Part shown: one piece after another, positions 8,011 to 18,281 of the stretch | How positions within the stretch are numbered: the stretch's first letter is position 1 | Layout of the letters: each line of letters starts with the position of its first letter | Assembly: GCA_020848195.1 (NCBI GenBank) | Contig: JADLAP010000081.1 | Coordinates: forward strand, 8,822 to 72,821 | Length of the DNA: 64,000 bases | Origin: Phycisphaeraceae bacterium | Lineage (GTDB): Bacteria; Planctomycetota; Phycisphaerae; Phycisphaerales; Phycisphaeraceae | Reading direction: 5' to 3' | Notes under the pieces: model-generated | Told to the model about the DNA's origin: nothing | The model's input: the letters and a program-made list of their open reading frames with translations, nothing else | The model's database searches: none | Translations under genes and position numbers: made by a program

Positions 8011-8733
8011 ATGTTTCTACGCAAACTGCTTTGTGGCGCCGCACTGTCGGCGATGACCGTCTTCGGCGCGGCGAACTCCGCACACGCCGCGACGTTCTTC
8101 GGCCCATCCTCCTACACCAGCCTCGCCGATAGCCCGCTGAACACCGCCGGCCTCGGAACCTCGTTTTTCGTCGAGGATTTTGAGGATGGCGCGCTCAACA
8201 CCCCGGGCATCACCGCCTCCACCGGATTCATCCTCAACCCCAGCGCGGGCACCGACTCCGTCGACGGCGATGACGGTTCCATCGACGGCTCAGGCACGGG
8301 CGGCCGAACCTGGTACTCCGCCGGCAGCCACTCCGTCAGCTTCTTCTTCGACGCCCTCGTCCTCGGCAGCCTGCCCACCGAGGTCGGCATCGTCTGGACC
8401 GACGCCGGCTTCGCCTCGCCCGTCAACGGCATCGGCGATGTCGTCTTCGAGGCCTTCGACAACAACAACGTTTCACTCGGCTCCATCACCGGCATCAACC
8501 TCGGCGACGGAACATTCTTCGGTGGAACCGACGAAGACCGCTTCTTCGGCGTCCAGAATGTCGCCGGCATCTCCCGCATCACGCTGTCCATGCCCGGCAG
8601 CGACGACTGGGAAATGGACCACGTGCAGTTCGGTCTCGGCGGCAAAGCCGTCGTGCCCGAGCCGGCGTCGTGTGCCCTGCTCGGCCTGGGCGCGCTGATG
8701 CTCATCGGCCGGCCCCGTCGCCGCACCGCCTAA
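8011..8733 (+). CDS. PEP-CTERM sorting-domain secreted protein
   Basis: Signal peptide MFLRKLLCGAALSAMTVFGAANSAHA. C-terminus VPEPASCALLGLGALMLIGRPRRRTA (PEP motif, TM segment, basic tail). Confidence 0.85.
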   Translation: MFLRKLLCGAALSAMTVFGAANSAHAATFFGPSSYTSLADSPLNTAGLGTSFFVEDFEDGALNTPGITASTGFILNPSAGTDSVDGDDGSIDGSGTGGRTWYSAGSHSVSFFFDALVLGSLPTEVGIVWTDAGFASPVNGIGDVVFEAFDNNNVSLGSITGINLGDGTFFGGTDEDRFFGVQNVAGISRITLSMPGSDDWEMDHVQFGLGGKAVVPEPASCALLGLGALMLIGRPRRRTA

Positions 8734-8772
8734 ACCAATCCCCCCGCTTCCGCAACGCATCCCATACGACCA

Positions 8773-8816
8773 CCGGCTCGCCAGGGCGTCTTCATTGCCC
8801 TGGCGAGCCGGTTTTT
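8773..8816 (+). terminator. intrinsic terminator (usable by both convergent genes)
   Basis: 15-bp perfect stem CCGGCTCGCCAGGGC / GCCCTGGCGAGCCGG, 9-nt loop, then TTTTT. Confidence 0.75.
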
Positions 8817-8857
8817 CGGGGCCATTTGCAGCCTATGGAGCGCCGCGACGTGTCGCG

Positions 8858-11800
8858 TTACGGGATGATCTGCTTCAACTCTTCCGCCGTGATCGCCTTG
8901 GCGTGCGGGACAATCACGTAATGCAGCGTCTGCCGCTGGCCCTTCTTCATCCGCGGGCTAAGCGAAATGCTCAGCGACTGCACCTGATAGGACATCGGAG
9001 GAATCAGCACGGCGTCGTACTGACGCGGGAAGATCACGGCCGCGCCGGCGCCGGTGGGACCGCTGATGTCCACCGCCCGCAAGGGCACGAGGCGCGTGTC
9101 GTCCTGCGGCACGGCTTCCGCAGCTTCGCCCGGCTCGCGGTGGCGCGGCGGGGCCTTGCGCGACGGCAGCACGCCGATCTTGTCGCCTTCCTTCCAGTCG
9201 CCGGCGAAGGTCCGCACCACGCGGTTGTCCACCGCATACCACGGGATCGATTCACAAAGGTTCATCAGGTCCACGTCTTCCATCGCCGTGATGTCCACAT
9301 CGACCAGGATGCGATTTTCATCGCAGACGACGGTGCGGACCCAGGACAGGGGCTGATTGAAGAACTGGCCCGTGCGGGTCATGACGCCGGTGTCGTCGTT
9401 GAACTGGACCCAGGGCGTGTCGTAGCCGGCGCAGTCGTATTCAGGGATGTACATGCCCTTGTCGTTGCGTGCGCCGGGGTTTTTGCTTCGGGTCCAGAGG
9501 TTGTTGACGTAGAAGACGTCCTGGTTGCTGGAGAGGATGATCGGGCCTGCCTGGGGGACGAAGACGGAGGAAAGCCCGGCGAGTTTGCCCGCCATCATGC
9601 CGCGACTGCCGTAGCCGCATTCCGTCACGCTGCCGAGGAATTCGCTGGAGCCGTTGGCGGTATGGATCACGCCCATGAACCCGCGCCACAGCTTGGCTGT
9701 TTCTCCGCCGGCCATGATGGTGTAGTACGAAGGCTTCTTGATGAAGAAGAAGGCGTTGTCGAAGTTGCGGATAAATGAGCTTTCCTGGAGGCAGGGCAGC
9801 GTCTGTGCCGGAGCCTTCGGCGCGGGCTGGCCGGGCTTGAGATTGCACATCTGGCTCCAGTAGGTGAAGGCGTCGAAATAATCCCGGCCTTTCATGGCGT
9901 CGAACAGCGGCACCGGCGCGCTGGGGAACGGCGTGCGGTTGGACATGTCGGTCGGACAGGTCAGGTTGTCGCTGATGGTGCCGTTGACAGGCAGCGCGAG
10001 ATGCGCTTTGAGCCGGGTGTATTCCTCGAACCGGTCGAGCATCGCCTTGCTCTTGACCCGCGCGTGGAACGTGCGGCAGTAGTACATCGTTTCATTGCAG
10101 TATTCCGCGTCAAAACCGCCGCCGTCGGTGGGATAGCCCGCGCCGGACCAGCCCAGATCGCAGGCGTAACCGTAGCCCAACCGGCTCTTGGTGACGTACG
10201 GAGACGGATCGGGATCGACGCGGCCCAGCACGCCCGGCGTCGCCCAGCGTTCCACGCCGCGCAGCATCAGTGCTTCGAGATCGGCGTCGCCCTTGATCGC
10301 GTCGATCGCGTCGGCCATTTCCTGCAGGTGCATGATCCACTGGTTGGTGGTTTCGCCGCTGTGCGCCTGCGACCGGCCATAGGCCCAGATCTGCAGCGTC
10401 TTGCGCCAGGCGTTCATCGTCTCGGAGGGAACGCCGGTCTTGTCGCACAGATCGCCGATCTGCGCGAGGATCTCACTGTGTCCGCCATCGTGGAAGTTGT
10501 ACCAGCCGGAACGGTAAGGCAGGCCCCAGAACTGGTCTTCGCGGATGGTTGGATATGTCTTTGGCCCGTCATTGTGGCCGAAGACCAGGTTGGGACCGAG
10601 GCGCATGGCGTCTTCCATGATCGTTTGCAGCATGGCGCGACGGACCAGCACGGGCGACTGGTAGTAGCCGTTGCCCGGCGCGTTCAGTTGGGCAGCCATG
10701 GGGAAGCCGCATCCCTTGCCGCTGCGGGAAAATTTCTGTTCAAACTCCTTGTCGCCCGTGTTCTTGAACCGGCCATACGTCGGACTGGCGGGGTCGAGGT
10801 CCTGCGTTTCCAGCAGGCGGGGCAGTTCATTCGATGTCGGCGAATCGGTGCCGTACATCGGGGACAGACGGAACGGAGTTTCCGCCGGTTTGCCCGTGTA
10901 TTTCAGGTCTTCGGGCTTGAGCGACATCGCCCAGTCGAGCAATTTCCGCTGGCAGTCGAAAAACGTCCACACGCCCGGGGCACGCCATTCCATGCCGCCG
11001 TGGATTTTCCGCGCTGTCTCCGCGTCGGGACACATCACGAACGGCGCGCCTTCCACCGACAGGCAGCACCCCGGCTGTTTGCCCGTCAGGCTCACCTTCA
11101 GCAGCGCGTCCTGCGTCGCGCTCTTGTTGAGGTAGTAACTGTAAGCGGTACGCGGGGTCGTCGTGTTCAGCACTTTTCCCGCTTCATCCGACACCGTCAT
11201 CGTCCAACTGTACGGCGACACTTCCTCGGTGACGCCGAAGCCCACGTCCTGCGCGCCTTTGGGGACATACAGGTACGCATCGCGCAGGCGGTCTTGATGG
11301 ACATACAGCGGACCCTGGCCGGGATGGACGCCCATGGGCAGCGGCCGGCTGGGCGTGATGGAAATCCAGTGGTCCCACGACGCGATGACCACGACGCGGT
11401 ACAGCCCCGCCTTCGCGGTTTGGGGCACATTCAGCGACACATGCCGCGCGGGCAGCGTCTGAGGGTTGTCCAGCAGCGGCGAGCGTTCCTTGCCTGCCGG
11501 ATAGCCGTTGGGGCTGACGTGATGGTGATACTCGCGGTAGCGGAGATCCTGAAACGGATCGTAGATGCCGTCGCGGTAGCGTTCGTTGCCGGAGACGATG
11601 CCGTCGTCTTCGAGGATGGTCTGGGCGACGATTTCATCCTTGGGTCCGATGACGAGGAAGAACGCCGGCCTCGGGCCTTGCATGTAGACGTTCATGTCGC
11701 GCGCGGTGAAGTTCAGCTCGAACCCGCCGCCGGTTTCGTCGAGGAGGTTGAAGATGACCCACTCGCGCGGCCGCCACAGCACGTCCGGCCCCTGCCAGGC

Positions 11801-11956
11801 CGTGCCCGGCGACTTGCCGCGCCAGGCGGGAACCGTTTCATCCGGCGTCCGCGCGTGCAGCACCGGACCAAGCGCCAACGACAACAGAATCGACATCATG
11901 AGCCGCCAGGCCCAACAGGGACCCGACATCGGGCAATTGGACATGATCGTGAACAC
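8858..11956 (-). CDS. large secreted hypothetical protein (1032 codons), probably glycan-active
   Basis: Track ORF. Signal-like RLMMSILLSLALGPVLHA. Lies 14 nt downstream of the preceding 1198-codon gene, so probably the same operon. No motif I can name. Confidence 0.7.
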   Translation of the reverse strand: MFTIMSNCPMSGPCWAWRLMMSILLSLALGPVLHARTPDETVPAWRGKSPGTAWQGPDVLWRPREWVIFNLLDETGGGFELNFTARDMNVYMQGPRPAFFLVIGPKDEIVAQTILEDDGIVSGNERYRDGIYDPFQDLRYREYHHHVSPNGYPAGKERSPLLDNPQTLPARHVSLNVPQTAKAGLYRVVVIASWDHWISITPSRPLPMGVHPGQGPLYVHQDRLRDAYLYVPKGAQDVGFGVTEEVSPYSWTMTVSDEAGKVLNTTTPRTAYSYYLNKSATQDALLKVSLTGKQPGCCLSVEGAPFVMCPDAETARKIHGGMEWRAPGVWTFFDCQRKLLDWAMSLKPEDLKYTGKPAETPFRLSPMYGTDSPTSNELPRLLETQDLDPASPTYGRFKNTGDKEFEQKFSRSGKGCGFPMAAQLNAPGNGYYQSPVLVRRAMLQTIMEDAMRLGPNLVFGHNDGPKTYPTIREDQFWGLPYRSGWYNFHDGGHSEILAQIGDLCDKTGVPSETMNAWRKTLQIWAYGRSQAHSGETTNQWIMHLQEMADAIDAIKGDADLEALMLRGVERWATPGVLGRVDPDPSPYVTKSRLGYGYACDLGWSGAGYPTDGGGFDAEYCNETMYYCRTFHARVKSKAMLDRFEEYTRLKAHLALPVNGTISDNLTCPTDMSNRTPFPSAPVPLFDAMKGRDYFDAFTYWSQMCNLKPGQPAPKAPAQTLPCLQESSFIRNFDNAFFFIKKPSYYTIMAGGETAKLWRGFMGVIHTANGSSEFLGSVTECGYGSRGMMAGKLAGLSSVFVPQAGPIILSSNQDVFYVNNLWTRSKNPGARNDKGMYIPEYDCAGYDTPWVQFNDDTGVMTRTGQFFNQPLSWVRTVVCDENRILVDVDITAMEDVDLMNLCESIPWYAVDNRVVRTFAGDWKEGDKIGVLPSRKAPPRHREPGEAAEAVPQDDTRLVPLRAVDISGPTGAGAAVIFPRQYDAVLIPPMSYQVQSLSISLSPRMKKGQRQTLHYVIVPHAKAITAEELKQIIP

Positions 11957-11970
11957 TCCAGGGTGAGAAA

Positions 11971-14900
11971 TTACTTCGTGATCGCCGCTTCCGCGCGGCC
12001 GTCGGCAAGGTCCTTGGCCGTCAGCGTGATCGTCAGTCCGTCCGGGCCGCGCAGGCTCGCCGGGCCGGTGCTGACGATCTGAAGTTTGCCGTCCTGCTTC
12101 CTGCAGGCGAAATGCGAGGGAATCGTCACCTCGTCGCCCGCTTGTATCTTGAACACCACAAAGGCGTCATCCTCTTTCACCGCGCCCTCCGGCGGCGTCG
12201 CGGCCAGCTTCACCGTCTTGCCGTCCATCGTGACAATTTCCGTCTCGAAGCCCGAACGGGGGAAGCGGATGCGGCTACGCTCATACCCGCCCTTGACCAC
12301 GCGCATATCGTGGTACAGCAGCGCGGGATCTTTCTCATCAATCTTCCATGCGTGCATCCGCTGCTCGACAAACGGCGGCAGATTCGCCAGGTCGATGCGA
12401 TAGCGCTGCTCACCGAAGCTCGACACGGCCGCGATGGTGTAGCCCGTGCTCAGTTGCGGATCGATCCGGTGCTGCACGAACAGCATCGTGCCGGCCAGCG
12501 TCTTGTCCGTCGGCAGCGGCAGATCGGACTGCACGATCAGCGCGCTTTCGTCGGGCTGGCCGGTCATATCGCCGATCACGCCCAGGAGTTTGAGACGCCA
12601 TGAAGGTTGAAGGTCGAGTTGCCAGTTGCCGACGCGCAGTTTGCTGCCGTCGTAGAGCGAGAGGTAGCCGGCTTCGGGAATGGCCGCGCCGCAGCGTCCG
12701 GTCAGTTCCACCGCCGGCGAGCCGGCCTTGGCGGGCGGCACATACGCTTCGCCGTGGAGCGTGCTGAGCGCCCAGAGACTTCCACCGGCCATCAGGTCCA
12801 CTTTCGTCGTCACGCCGCCGCCGGTCTCGTCCTTGGCCACATGCACCACGTCCACGCTCTTGACCGCCGGTTCCTGGCTGGGGTTCCGCGGCTCCAGCAC
12901 ATGCACGAACGTGCTTTCCAGCCCCGGTTTTTCCGCCACGCGGGAGGGAATCAGCATGTGCATCGCATCGCGGAACGCGACCAGGCCGCGGACCTGCTCG
13001 CCCGTGTTCGGATCGGTTTCCTCCAGCAGCGCTGGCCAGGGCGCGTACGCGCCGATGATCTGGTTCTGTGTCGTTTCGCTGCCCGCCACATCGCCCCACA
13101 AGCGGAAGTTCACGTCATGCAACAGCTTCGGCCAGTGGCTGTATCGCTCCAGCGTTTTGGGATTTTTCGGCAGGAACTTGTGCGGCTCGATGAGATAGTC
13201 CGCGCTCCACACGCCCCGCGGCGTCGCATAGCTGTGCAGCTTTTCGATCAGCTTCGGCGCTCGGGCATAGTGTTGAATGGTTTCGCCGGTCAGCTTGTCA
13301 TAGCTGATGCTTTTGTAGCCCATATATTCAAACAAGTTCTTCGCTTCGATCGGCGCGGGCTGCGACAGCGTGGTCTGCTTCAAATCGCTGGGCACATGCC
13401 AGTACAGGTCGTGCCTCTGGCCGCCATGGATTCGGAAGGTGTCCAGTGCCAGCGACCGGCCATTGGGCAGCGTGAACATCGCCACCTGTCGGCGGAAGAC
13501 GTCCACCGGATTGGGCCGATCCTTGAACAAGCCCGCGGCGGAAGCGTCCACGAATTGCGCCCAGTAGCCGGGATCGCTCAGCGGCATGCCGCCGCGGTAT
13601 CCCATCAGTTGCGTGGGACCAAAGGCATAAAGCCAGTAGTCCACCATGGCCAGGCAGTGCGATTCGGGCAGCATCGTGTACGTGTGACGCCACGGCCCCC
13701 ACTTGTCCGCCTCGCAGGGCGAGTCCATCATTTCCAGCGGATAATCCTTGCTCAGGCTTTTCCAAGGCTCCTTGTCCGGCTCGATGTAGCCCACGCCGTA
13801 GCCGAAGTCGGGCAACACTTCCACGCCTTCGTAGAACATCTGCAGGTTCATCCGCGAGTAGTGCGAATGATTGCCGGTGGGCATGTGGTCGAGCGAGAGT
13901 TCCATCCGGCTTCCCGCCTCGCCGCCGCGCAGCATGGTGTAGCCGTACACGGGGAAACACTGCGACAGTTCATGCTCCGGATACGACACCTTGTCCGGGG
14001 CCGGAGGAGGCATCCAGTCCCACAGGCCGCGGAAAAAGCGGTTGTGCTCGTCGGCGTGCTTGGATTCCACGTTGTACAGCGTCGCCACCGGCCGGAACGT
14101 CAGCTTCTCGATCTCATGGAGGATGGGATAGCGGTCCTTCAGGTCCACCCCGCCGAACACCTTGGTCATCCAGCGGTAGTTGATGATGCCGTAGGTCATC
14201 ATCGCGTAGTTGAAGGCGGCATCGTGCGGCATGCCGTCCACGAGCCAGTTGTTGGTCAGGTACATGTCCACGATGGACAGCGCGCGGTTGAAGAGATACT
14301 CGTCGCCGGTGAGGATGCCCAGGACGGAGCCGCCGCGGATGTAGCCGTAACTGGTGTTGCCCACGGTCGGCGGCGTGACGCGGGTCATCTGCAGCGCGTT
14401 GCTGAAGATGTCCAGCCGTATCTTCCGCTCCCACGCCATCTCGTCGTTGTACTTCTCCTTGCTGTACTGCTTTACAGCCGGCGTGTCGCGGATCAGGTCG
14501 AACGTCGTGCCGATGTCGGCGAGGTGGTCCAGCACGCCGTCGGTCCAGGAGCTGATGCCCCAGTTGAGCTTGGCGTAGTTGTAGTCGTAGATGCTGTGGA
14601 ACCAGAAAGGTTTGTTGTTCCAGTCGCGGAAGGGCCCCTGCGCGACGGTGGCGAGGTATTCATCGCGGGTCAGGTAGTCCTTGCCGGCCTCATTGCGCGC
14701 CAGGCCGTGACCGATCGACTGACTCACCAGCGGCAGCGAAGGATACACATCGGCAAAGCGGTCCAGCAGCACGGTCAGGATGCGAACAGCCTTGGGATCG
14801 CCGGTTTCATAGACCCGCAGCGCCAGATCGGGAAAGACCTCGAACATGATGATGCGAAGCCGCTGTCGCCAGGCTTCGCCGGCCGGGCTGATCCAGTGGC

Positions 14901-15567
14901 GGCGATCGGAGTTGAAGCTCGGCGGCGCGTTTTCCGTGCCCGGCGGGGCATGGAAGCGATACGCATGTTTCGTGCCATCGAGATGCGGAATCTCCACCGT
15001 GACGTTGGGTTTGAGCGCCCAGTCGGCGGGCATGTCCTCATCCCGGCCATAGATGGGATGGTTGCCGTCGAGCGTGTAGGCGATGAAGGGATTCTTGAGG
15101 AATTGTTCATCCGTCATGCCGCAGCCGCGGAAGAAGGGATCGTTGGAGAACGGGTCCTTGCCGGCATAGTTGGGCTGCCCGCCGCCGGCGGTGACGGGTG
15201 CAATGTCGAGGACCATCGCGGCCCACTGGTCTTCGGGAATGTTCAGCCACAGCTCCGCGCGGGTGCGGTTGGGATAGGCCGGCAACAGGTTCGGATGCGT
15301 GCCCGCCTTGGCCCCCTTGAGGAACGCTTCCGTGTAGATGCGCTGCGGAATCTTGTAGCGTGATTCGCCGGGCATGGCTTTGAGGATCGCGCGATCATTG
15401 ACCGGAGGAATGACGTGCGCCTCCGTCGCAGGTTGCGTGGCCGCCGCTGGTGCTTCCGCCCGCGCGGCCAGCGTCAGCCAAGCCATACAGATCAGACATC
15501 CCGCGATCGTGGCTAAACCAGGTTTGTTCATGTGGATCGTCGCCTTCATCCAAACGTTGTCGGCCAT
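11971..15567 (-). CDS. large secreted protein with heparinase II/III-like region (putative polysaccharide lyase)
   Basis: Track ORF. Signal-like LATIAGCLICMAWLTLAARAEA (the start may be the ATG at 15531). MELSLDHMPTGNHSHYSRMNLQMFYEGVEVLPDFGYGVGY resembles the H-x-H...Y core of heparinase II/III-type lyases, from memory only. Confidence 0.65.
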   Translation of the reverse strand: MADNVWMKATIHMNKPGLATIAGCLICMAWLTLAARAEAPAAATQPATEAHVIPPVNDRAILKAMPGESRYKIPQRIYTEAFLKGAKAGTHPNLLPAYPNRTRAELWLNIPEDQWAAMVLDIAPVTAGGGQPNYAGKDPFSNDPFFRGCGMTDEQFLKNPFIAYTLDGNHPIYGRDEDMPADWALKPNVTVEIPHLDGTKHAYRFHAPPGTENAPPSFNSDRRHWISPAGEAWRQRLRIIMFEVFPDLALRVYETGDPKAVRILTVLLDRFADVYPSLPLVSQSIGHGLARNEAGKDYLTRDEYLATVAQGPFRDWNNKPFWFHSIYDYNYAKLNWGISSWTDGVLDHLADIGTTFDLIRDTPAVKQYSKEKYNDEMAWERKIRLDIFSNALQMTRVTPPTVGNTSYGYIRGGSVLGILTGDEYLFNRALSIVDMYLTNNWLVDGMPHDAAFNYAMMTYGIINYRWMTKVFGGVDLKDRYPILHEIEKLTFRPVATLYNVESKHADEHNRFFRGLWDWMPPPAPDKVSYPEHELSQCFPVYGYTMLRGGEAGSRMELSLDHMPTGNHSHYSRMNLQMFYEGVEVLPDFGYGVGYIEPDKEPWKSLSKDYPLEMMDSPCEADKWGPWRHTYTMLPESHCLAMVDYWLYAFGPTQLMGYRGGMPLSDPGYWAQFVDASAAGLFKDRPNPVDVFRRQVAMFTLPNGRSLALDTFRIHGGQRHDLYWHVPSDLKQTTLSQPAPIEAKNLFEYMGYKSISYDKLTGETIQHYARAPKLIEKLHSYATPRGVWSADYLIEPHKFLPKNPKTLERYSHWPKLLHDVNFRLWGDVAGSETTQNQIIGAYAPWPALLEETDPNTGEQVRGLVAFRDAMHMLIPSRVAEKPGLESTFVHVLEPRNPSQEPAVKSVDVVHVAKDETGGGVTTKVDLMAGGSLWALSTLHGEAYVPPAKAGSPAVELTGRCGAAIPEAGYLSLYDGSKLRVGNWQLDLQPSWRLKLLGVIGDMTGQPDESALIVQSDLPLPTDKTLAGTMLFVQHRIDPQLSTGYTIAAVSSFGEQRYRIDLANLPPFVEQRMHAWKIDEKDPALLYHDMRVVKGGYERSRIRFPRSGFETEIVTMDGKTVKLAATPPEGAVKEDDAFVVFKIQAGDEVTIPSHFACRKQDGKLQIVSTGPASLRGPDGLTITLTAKDLADGRAEAAITK

Positions 15568-15592
15568 TCAAACGCACGTGGGAAACGGGTCA

Positions 15593-15743
15593 TGACGAGC
15601 CGCGACCGTGAGGGAACGGACCGCTGCCCTGACGAGCCGCGCGCGTAAGCAAGCGGACCGCATTTGGCCACCGGGGATGCTGGTTGTCACCGTCACACCC
15701 CCCTTGATCGAGGGTGGTCCGCTCCCTTACGGTCGCGGCTCGT
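15593..15743. repeat. REPIN-B element (inverted REP pair plus an extra degenerate arm)
   Basis: TGACGAGCCGCGACCGTGAGGGAACGGACCGC (15593-15624), degenerate second arm 15630-15661, inverted partner GGTCCGCTCCCTTACGGTCGCGGCTCGT (15716-15743). The spacer is the reverse complement of the spacer in the 29159-29270 copy. Confidence 0.7.
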
Positions 15744-15835
15744 GGCGGCAGGAGCAATACTTTTCATGTGTCCATGCTGAAACCGATGGACAAAGCTTGT
15801 CGTCAAGGTTGTCGTCGAAGAACCAGATCAGCCTG

Positions 15836-16606
15836 CTACGGCAACGGCTTGAACTGGCCCCATTCCTGGCTGTTCAGCCAATCGGGATATGGGTAGTTCA
15901 ACACTTCATATTTCTGGAAGGAGACATGACCATCGGCCTGAGCGACAGTCATCGTGGTTCGTTTCATGTGACGGTAGTCTTCATATCCGCTGGCGGGGTT
16001 ATAAACGAAGGGGTTGCCCGCGTAGTAATCGCTTCTGGTATCGCTTTCGAGCAGCGCATAGGCTTTGCTGGGTTGCTTGATTTCCTGACGACGATCGATG
16101 GCATCCCTGCCATGGCTGGGATATCCACCAAAGCCTTCCAGGGGCAAGCCGTAGGGAAATTCCCAGACGTAATAGGGAACTCGACGGTTGTACGAAGGAC
16201 ACAACATGATGCCTTTATAGCCGGCTCGAATACCTACCCAGTGGGCGCTGTTCGTCGGCTGGGTATCGCAAATGCCGTCCAGAAATTCCCGCATGAGATA
16301 TTCCCACGGGCCATCGCTGCCGGGCAATACGCGGTATGCGGGCGTCTGGCCTGCGGGCAGATTGCCAAAAATGGTCGGCATCCATTCCTTGTAAGCGTCA
16401 CAATATTGGCTCCACGCCAGCATGATCTGCTTTTCATTGGTCCCGCACTGAAGCTGCATCGCCGACTGCCTTGCCGACTGCAGCGCCGGCAGCAGGATGG
16501 CGATGAGCAGCGCAATGATGGAAATCACGACGAGAAGCTCAATGAGGGTGAAGCCGCGTTGGCCCGGAAGGGGAGATTTCGTCATTCTGACATGTTTGAG
16601 CATCAT
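15836..16606 (-). CDS. DUF1559-type protein with prepilin (type IV pilin-like) N-terminal cleavage/methylation leader
   Basis: Track ORF 15836..16639 trimmed to the ATG at 16606 (AAGGAGA 6 nt upstream). Leader ...[29 protein letters not shown]-terminal [20 protein letters not shown] motif. Confidence 0.85.
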   Translation of the reverse strand: MMLKHVRMTKSPLPGQRGFTLIELLVVISIIALLIAILLPALQSARQSAMQLQCGTNEKQIMLAWSQYCDAYKEWMPTIFGNLPAGQTPAYRVLPGSDGPWEYLMREFLDGICDTQPTNSAHWVGIRAGYKGIMLCPSYNRRVPYYVWEFPYGLPLEGFGGYPSHGRDAIDRRQEIKQPSKAYALLESDTRSDYYAGNPFVYNPASGYEDYRHMKRTTMTVAQADGHVSFQKYEVLNYPYPDWLNSQEWGQFKPLP

Positions 16607-16672
16607 GACTGTTCTCCTTTGATGGGATCGCAATGACATATAACCGGATATCGACCATCCACTTCTGGAAGT

Positions 16673-17434
16673 TTACGGCCGATTGCTGAACTGGCCCCAT
16701 TCCTCGCTGTAGAGCCAGTTGGGGTAGGGGTATGCTAAGACGTCATACTTCTCGAAGGTGACATGGCCATCGGCCTTGGCTGTGGTCATGTTGGTGAGGT
16801 TCATGTGCCGGATATCGGAATAAGCCCCCATGGCATTGCCGACCACACAGTTGCCCGCGTAGTCATTGTTAGGCCAGTTGCTTTCCAGCAGTGCATAGGC
16901 CAGGCTGGGTTTCTTGATTTCCATACGACGGTCGATGGGCAACAAACCATGGGTGGAAGCACCACCAAAGCCATCACCGGGCAACGCGTAGGGCACATCC
17001 CAAAGGTAATACGGATTCTTTTTGGTATAGGACGGACAACGCATGATTCCCTTGTAGCCGGGTTTGATGGAGGCCCAGTGATTGTTGATGCCCGAGTCGG
17101 GATGGCCCACGATGTCGTCCAGGAAATCCCGCATCAAGTAATTCCACGGCCCAGGGGAGCCAGGCAGGCTGCGATTGGGCGCCGACAGGTTGCCGAAAAA
17201 GGACGGCATCCATTCCTTGTAGGCGTCACAATACTGGCTCCACGCCAGGATAATCTGCTTCTCATTACTGCCGCACTGAAGCTGCTGCGCCGATTGCCGC
17301 GCCGACTGCAACGCCGGCAGCAGAATGGCGATGAGCAGCGAAATGATGGAAATCACGACGAGAAGCTCAATGAGGGTGAAAGCTCGCTGGCCTTGATGTG
17401 GAGATTTTGTCAATTTGGCATGGCGCATCATCAT
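16673..17434 (-). CDS. DUF1559-type prepilin-leader protein (close paralogue of 15836..16606)
   Basis: Track ORF 16673..17440. AAGGAGA favours the ATG at 17434. ...[28 protein letters not shown] and [20 protein letters not shown]. About two thirds identical to its neighbour by eye. Confidence 0.85.
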   Translation of the reverse strand: MMMRHAKLTKSPHQGQRAFTLIELLVVISIISLLIAILLPALQSARQSAQQLQCGSNEKQIILAWSQYCDAYKEWMPSFFGNLSAPNRSLPGSPGPWNYLMRDFLDDIVGHPDSGINNHWASIKPGYKGIMRCPSYTKKNPYYLWDVPYALPGDGFGGASTHGLLPIDRRMEIKKPSLAYALLESNWPNNDYAGNCVVGNAMGAYSDIRHMNLTNMTTAKADGHVTFEKYDVLAYPYPNWLYSEEWGQFSNRP

Positions 17435-17496
17435 GACCATTCTCCTTCTGGAGGCAGGGTGCTATAACCGGGGATCGACCATCCCGGTTCGCCGGT

Positions 17497-18270
17497 TTAC
17501 CGGTTCCTGAACTGGCCCCATTCGTCCGTAACCCACCATGCTGCGATGCTGAACACGGCGTCGTCATTGCGCCGGAACGACACATGACCATCGGCGATGC
17601 CCAGCGTGACGTTGTTGCCACCCATGTGGCGGAAATCCATGCGAGGCAGAATGTTGTAAATAAAGGCGTTGCCGGCGTAGGGCGGACTGTTGCTGTTGGA
17701 ATCCGCGAATACAACGCCTTTGCTCGGACCACGCAACTCGCCGCGTCGAAGAACGGGCAGCAAACTGCCAAATGGATCACCGCCTATGCCATTGAGCATC
17801 ATGCCGTAATGCAGTTCCCACAGATACCGGGCATACGGGGCCTGCTGCATGCTGGGACAGAGACAGATGCCCTTGTAATCCGCGGTATAGGTGGCGTTTC
17901 CGTTGCCGGGGTTGTTGTAATCCGCGATGGTAAAATCCAGGAACTGGCGCATCAGGAATTCCCAGTAGCCGCTGGAACCCGGCAGATACCGGTAGCTGTT
18001 GTCGGGAGTCGGAGCGCCGCCACGGCTGCCGACGAACGGGCAGAGCCATTCCTTATACGCGTCGCTGTACATGTTCCACGACAGGAGAATCTGCTTCACG
18101 TTCGTTCCGCACTGCACCTGCTGCGACGCTCGCCGCGCCGACTGCAGCGCCGGCAATAAAATCGCAATAAGCAGCGCGATGATGGAAATCACGACGAGAA
18201 GTTCGATCAGCGTGAATCCCTTGCCCAAAGTCAATCGAGGGGACCGAACCACATGGACATGTTGCGACAT
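17497..18270 (-). CDS. DUF1559-type prepilin-leader protein (more divergent paralogue)
   Basis: Track ORF. AAGGAG 8 nt upstream. ...[28 protein letters not shown] and [20 protein letters not shown]. Confidence 0.85.
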   Translation of the reverse strand: MSQHVHVVRSPRLTLGKGFTLIELLVVISIIALLIAILLPALQSARRASQQVQCGTNVKQILLSWNMYSDAYKEWLCPFVGSRGGAPTPDNSYRYLPGSSGYWEFLMRQFLDFTIADYNNPGNGNATYTADYKGICLCPSMQQAPYARYLWELHYGMMLNGIGGDPFGSLLPVLRRGELRGPSKGVVFADSNSNSPPYAGNAFIYNILPRMDFRHMGGNNVTLGIADGHVSFRRNDDAVFSIAAWWVTDEWGQFRNR

Positions 18271-18281
18271 GGTGTTGCTCC

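Noticed and set aside
10001-15363. Long plus-strand ORFs 10001..12082 (693 aa) and 12607..15363 (918 aa)
   Set aside because: They are antisense to the two large secreted-protein genes. They are Arg/His/Val/Gly-rich low-complexity translations with no motifs or signal peptides and no sensible starts.
15608-18159. Plus-strand ORFs 15608..16636, 16763..17467 and 17584..18159
   Set aside because: They mirror the three DUF1559 genes, whose prepilin leaders and SD sites are unambiguous. The first also begins inside REPIN-B (the GGPLPYGRGS artefact).
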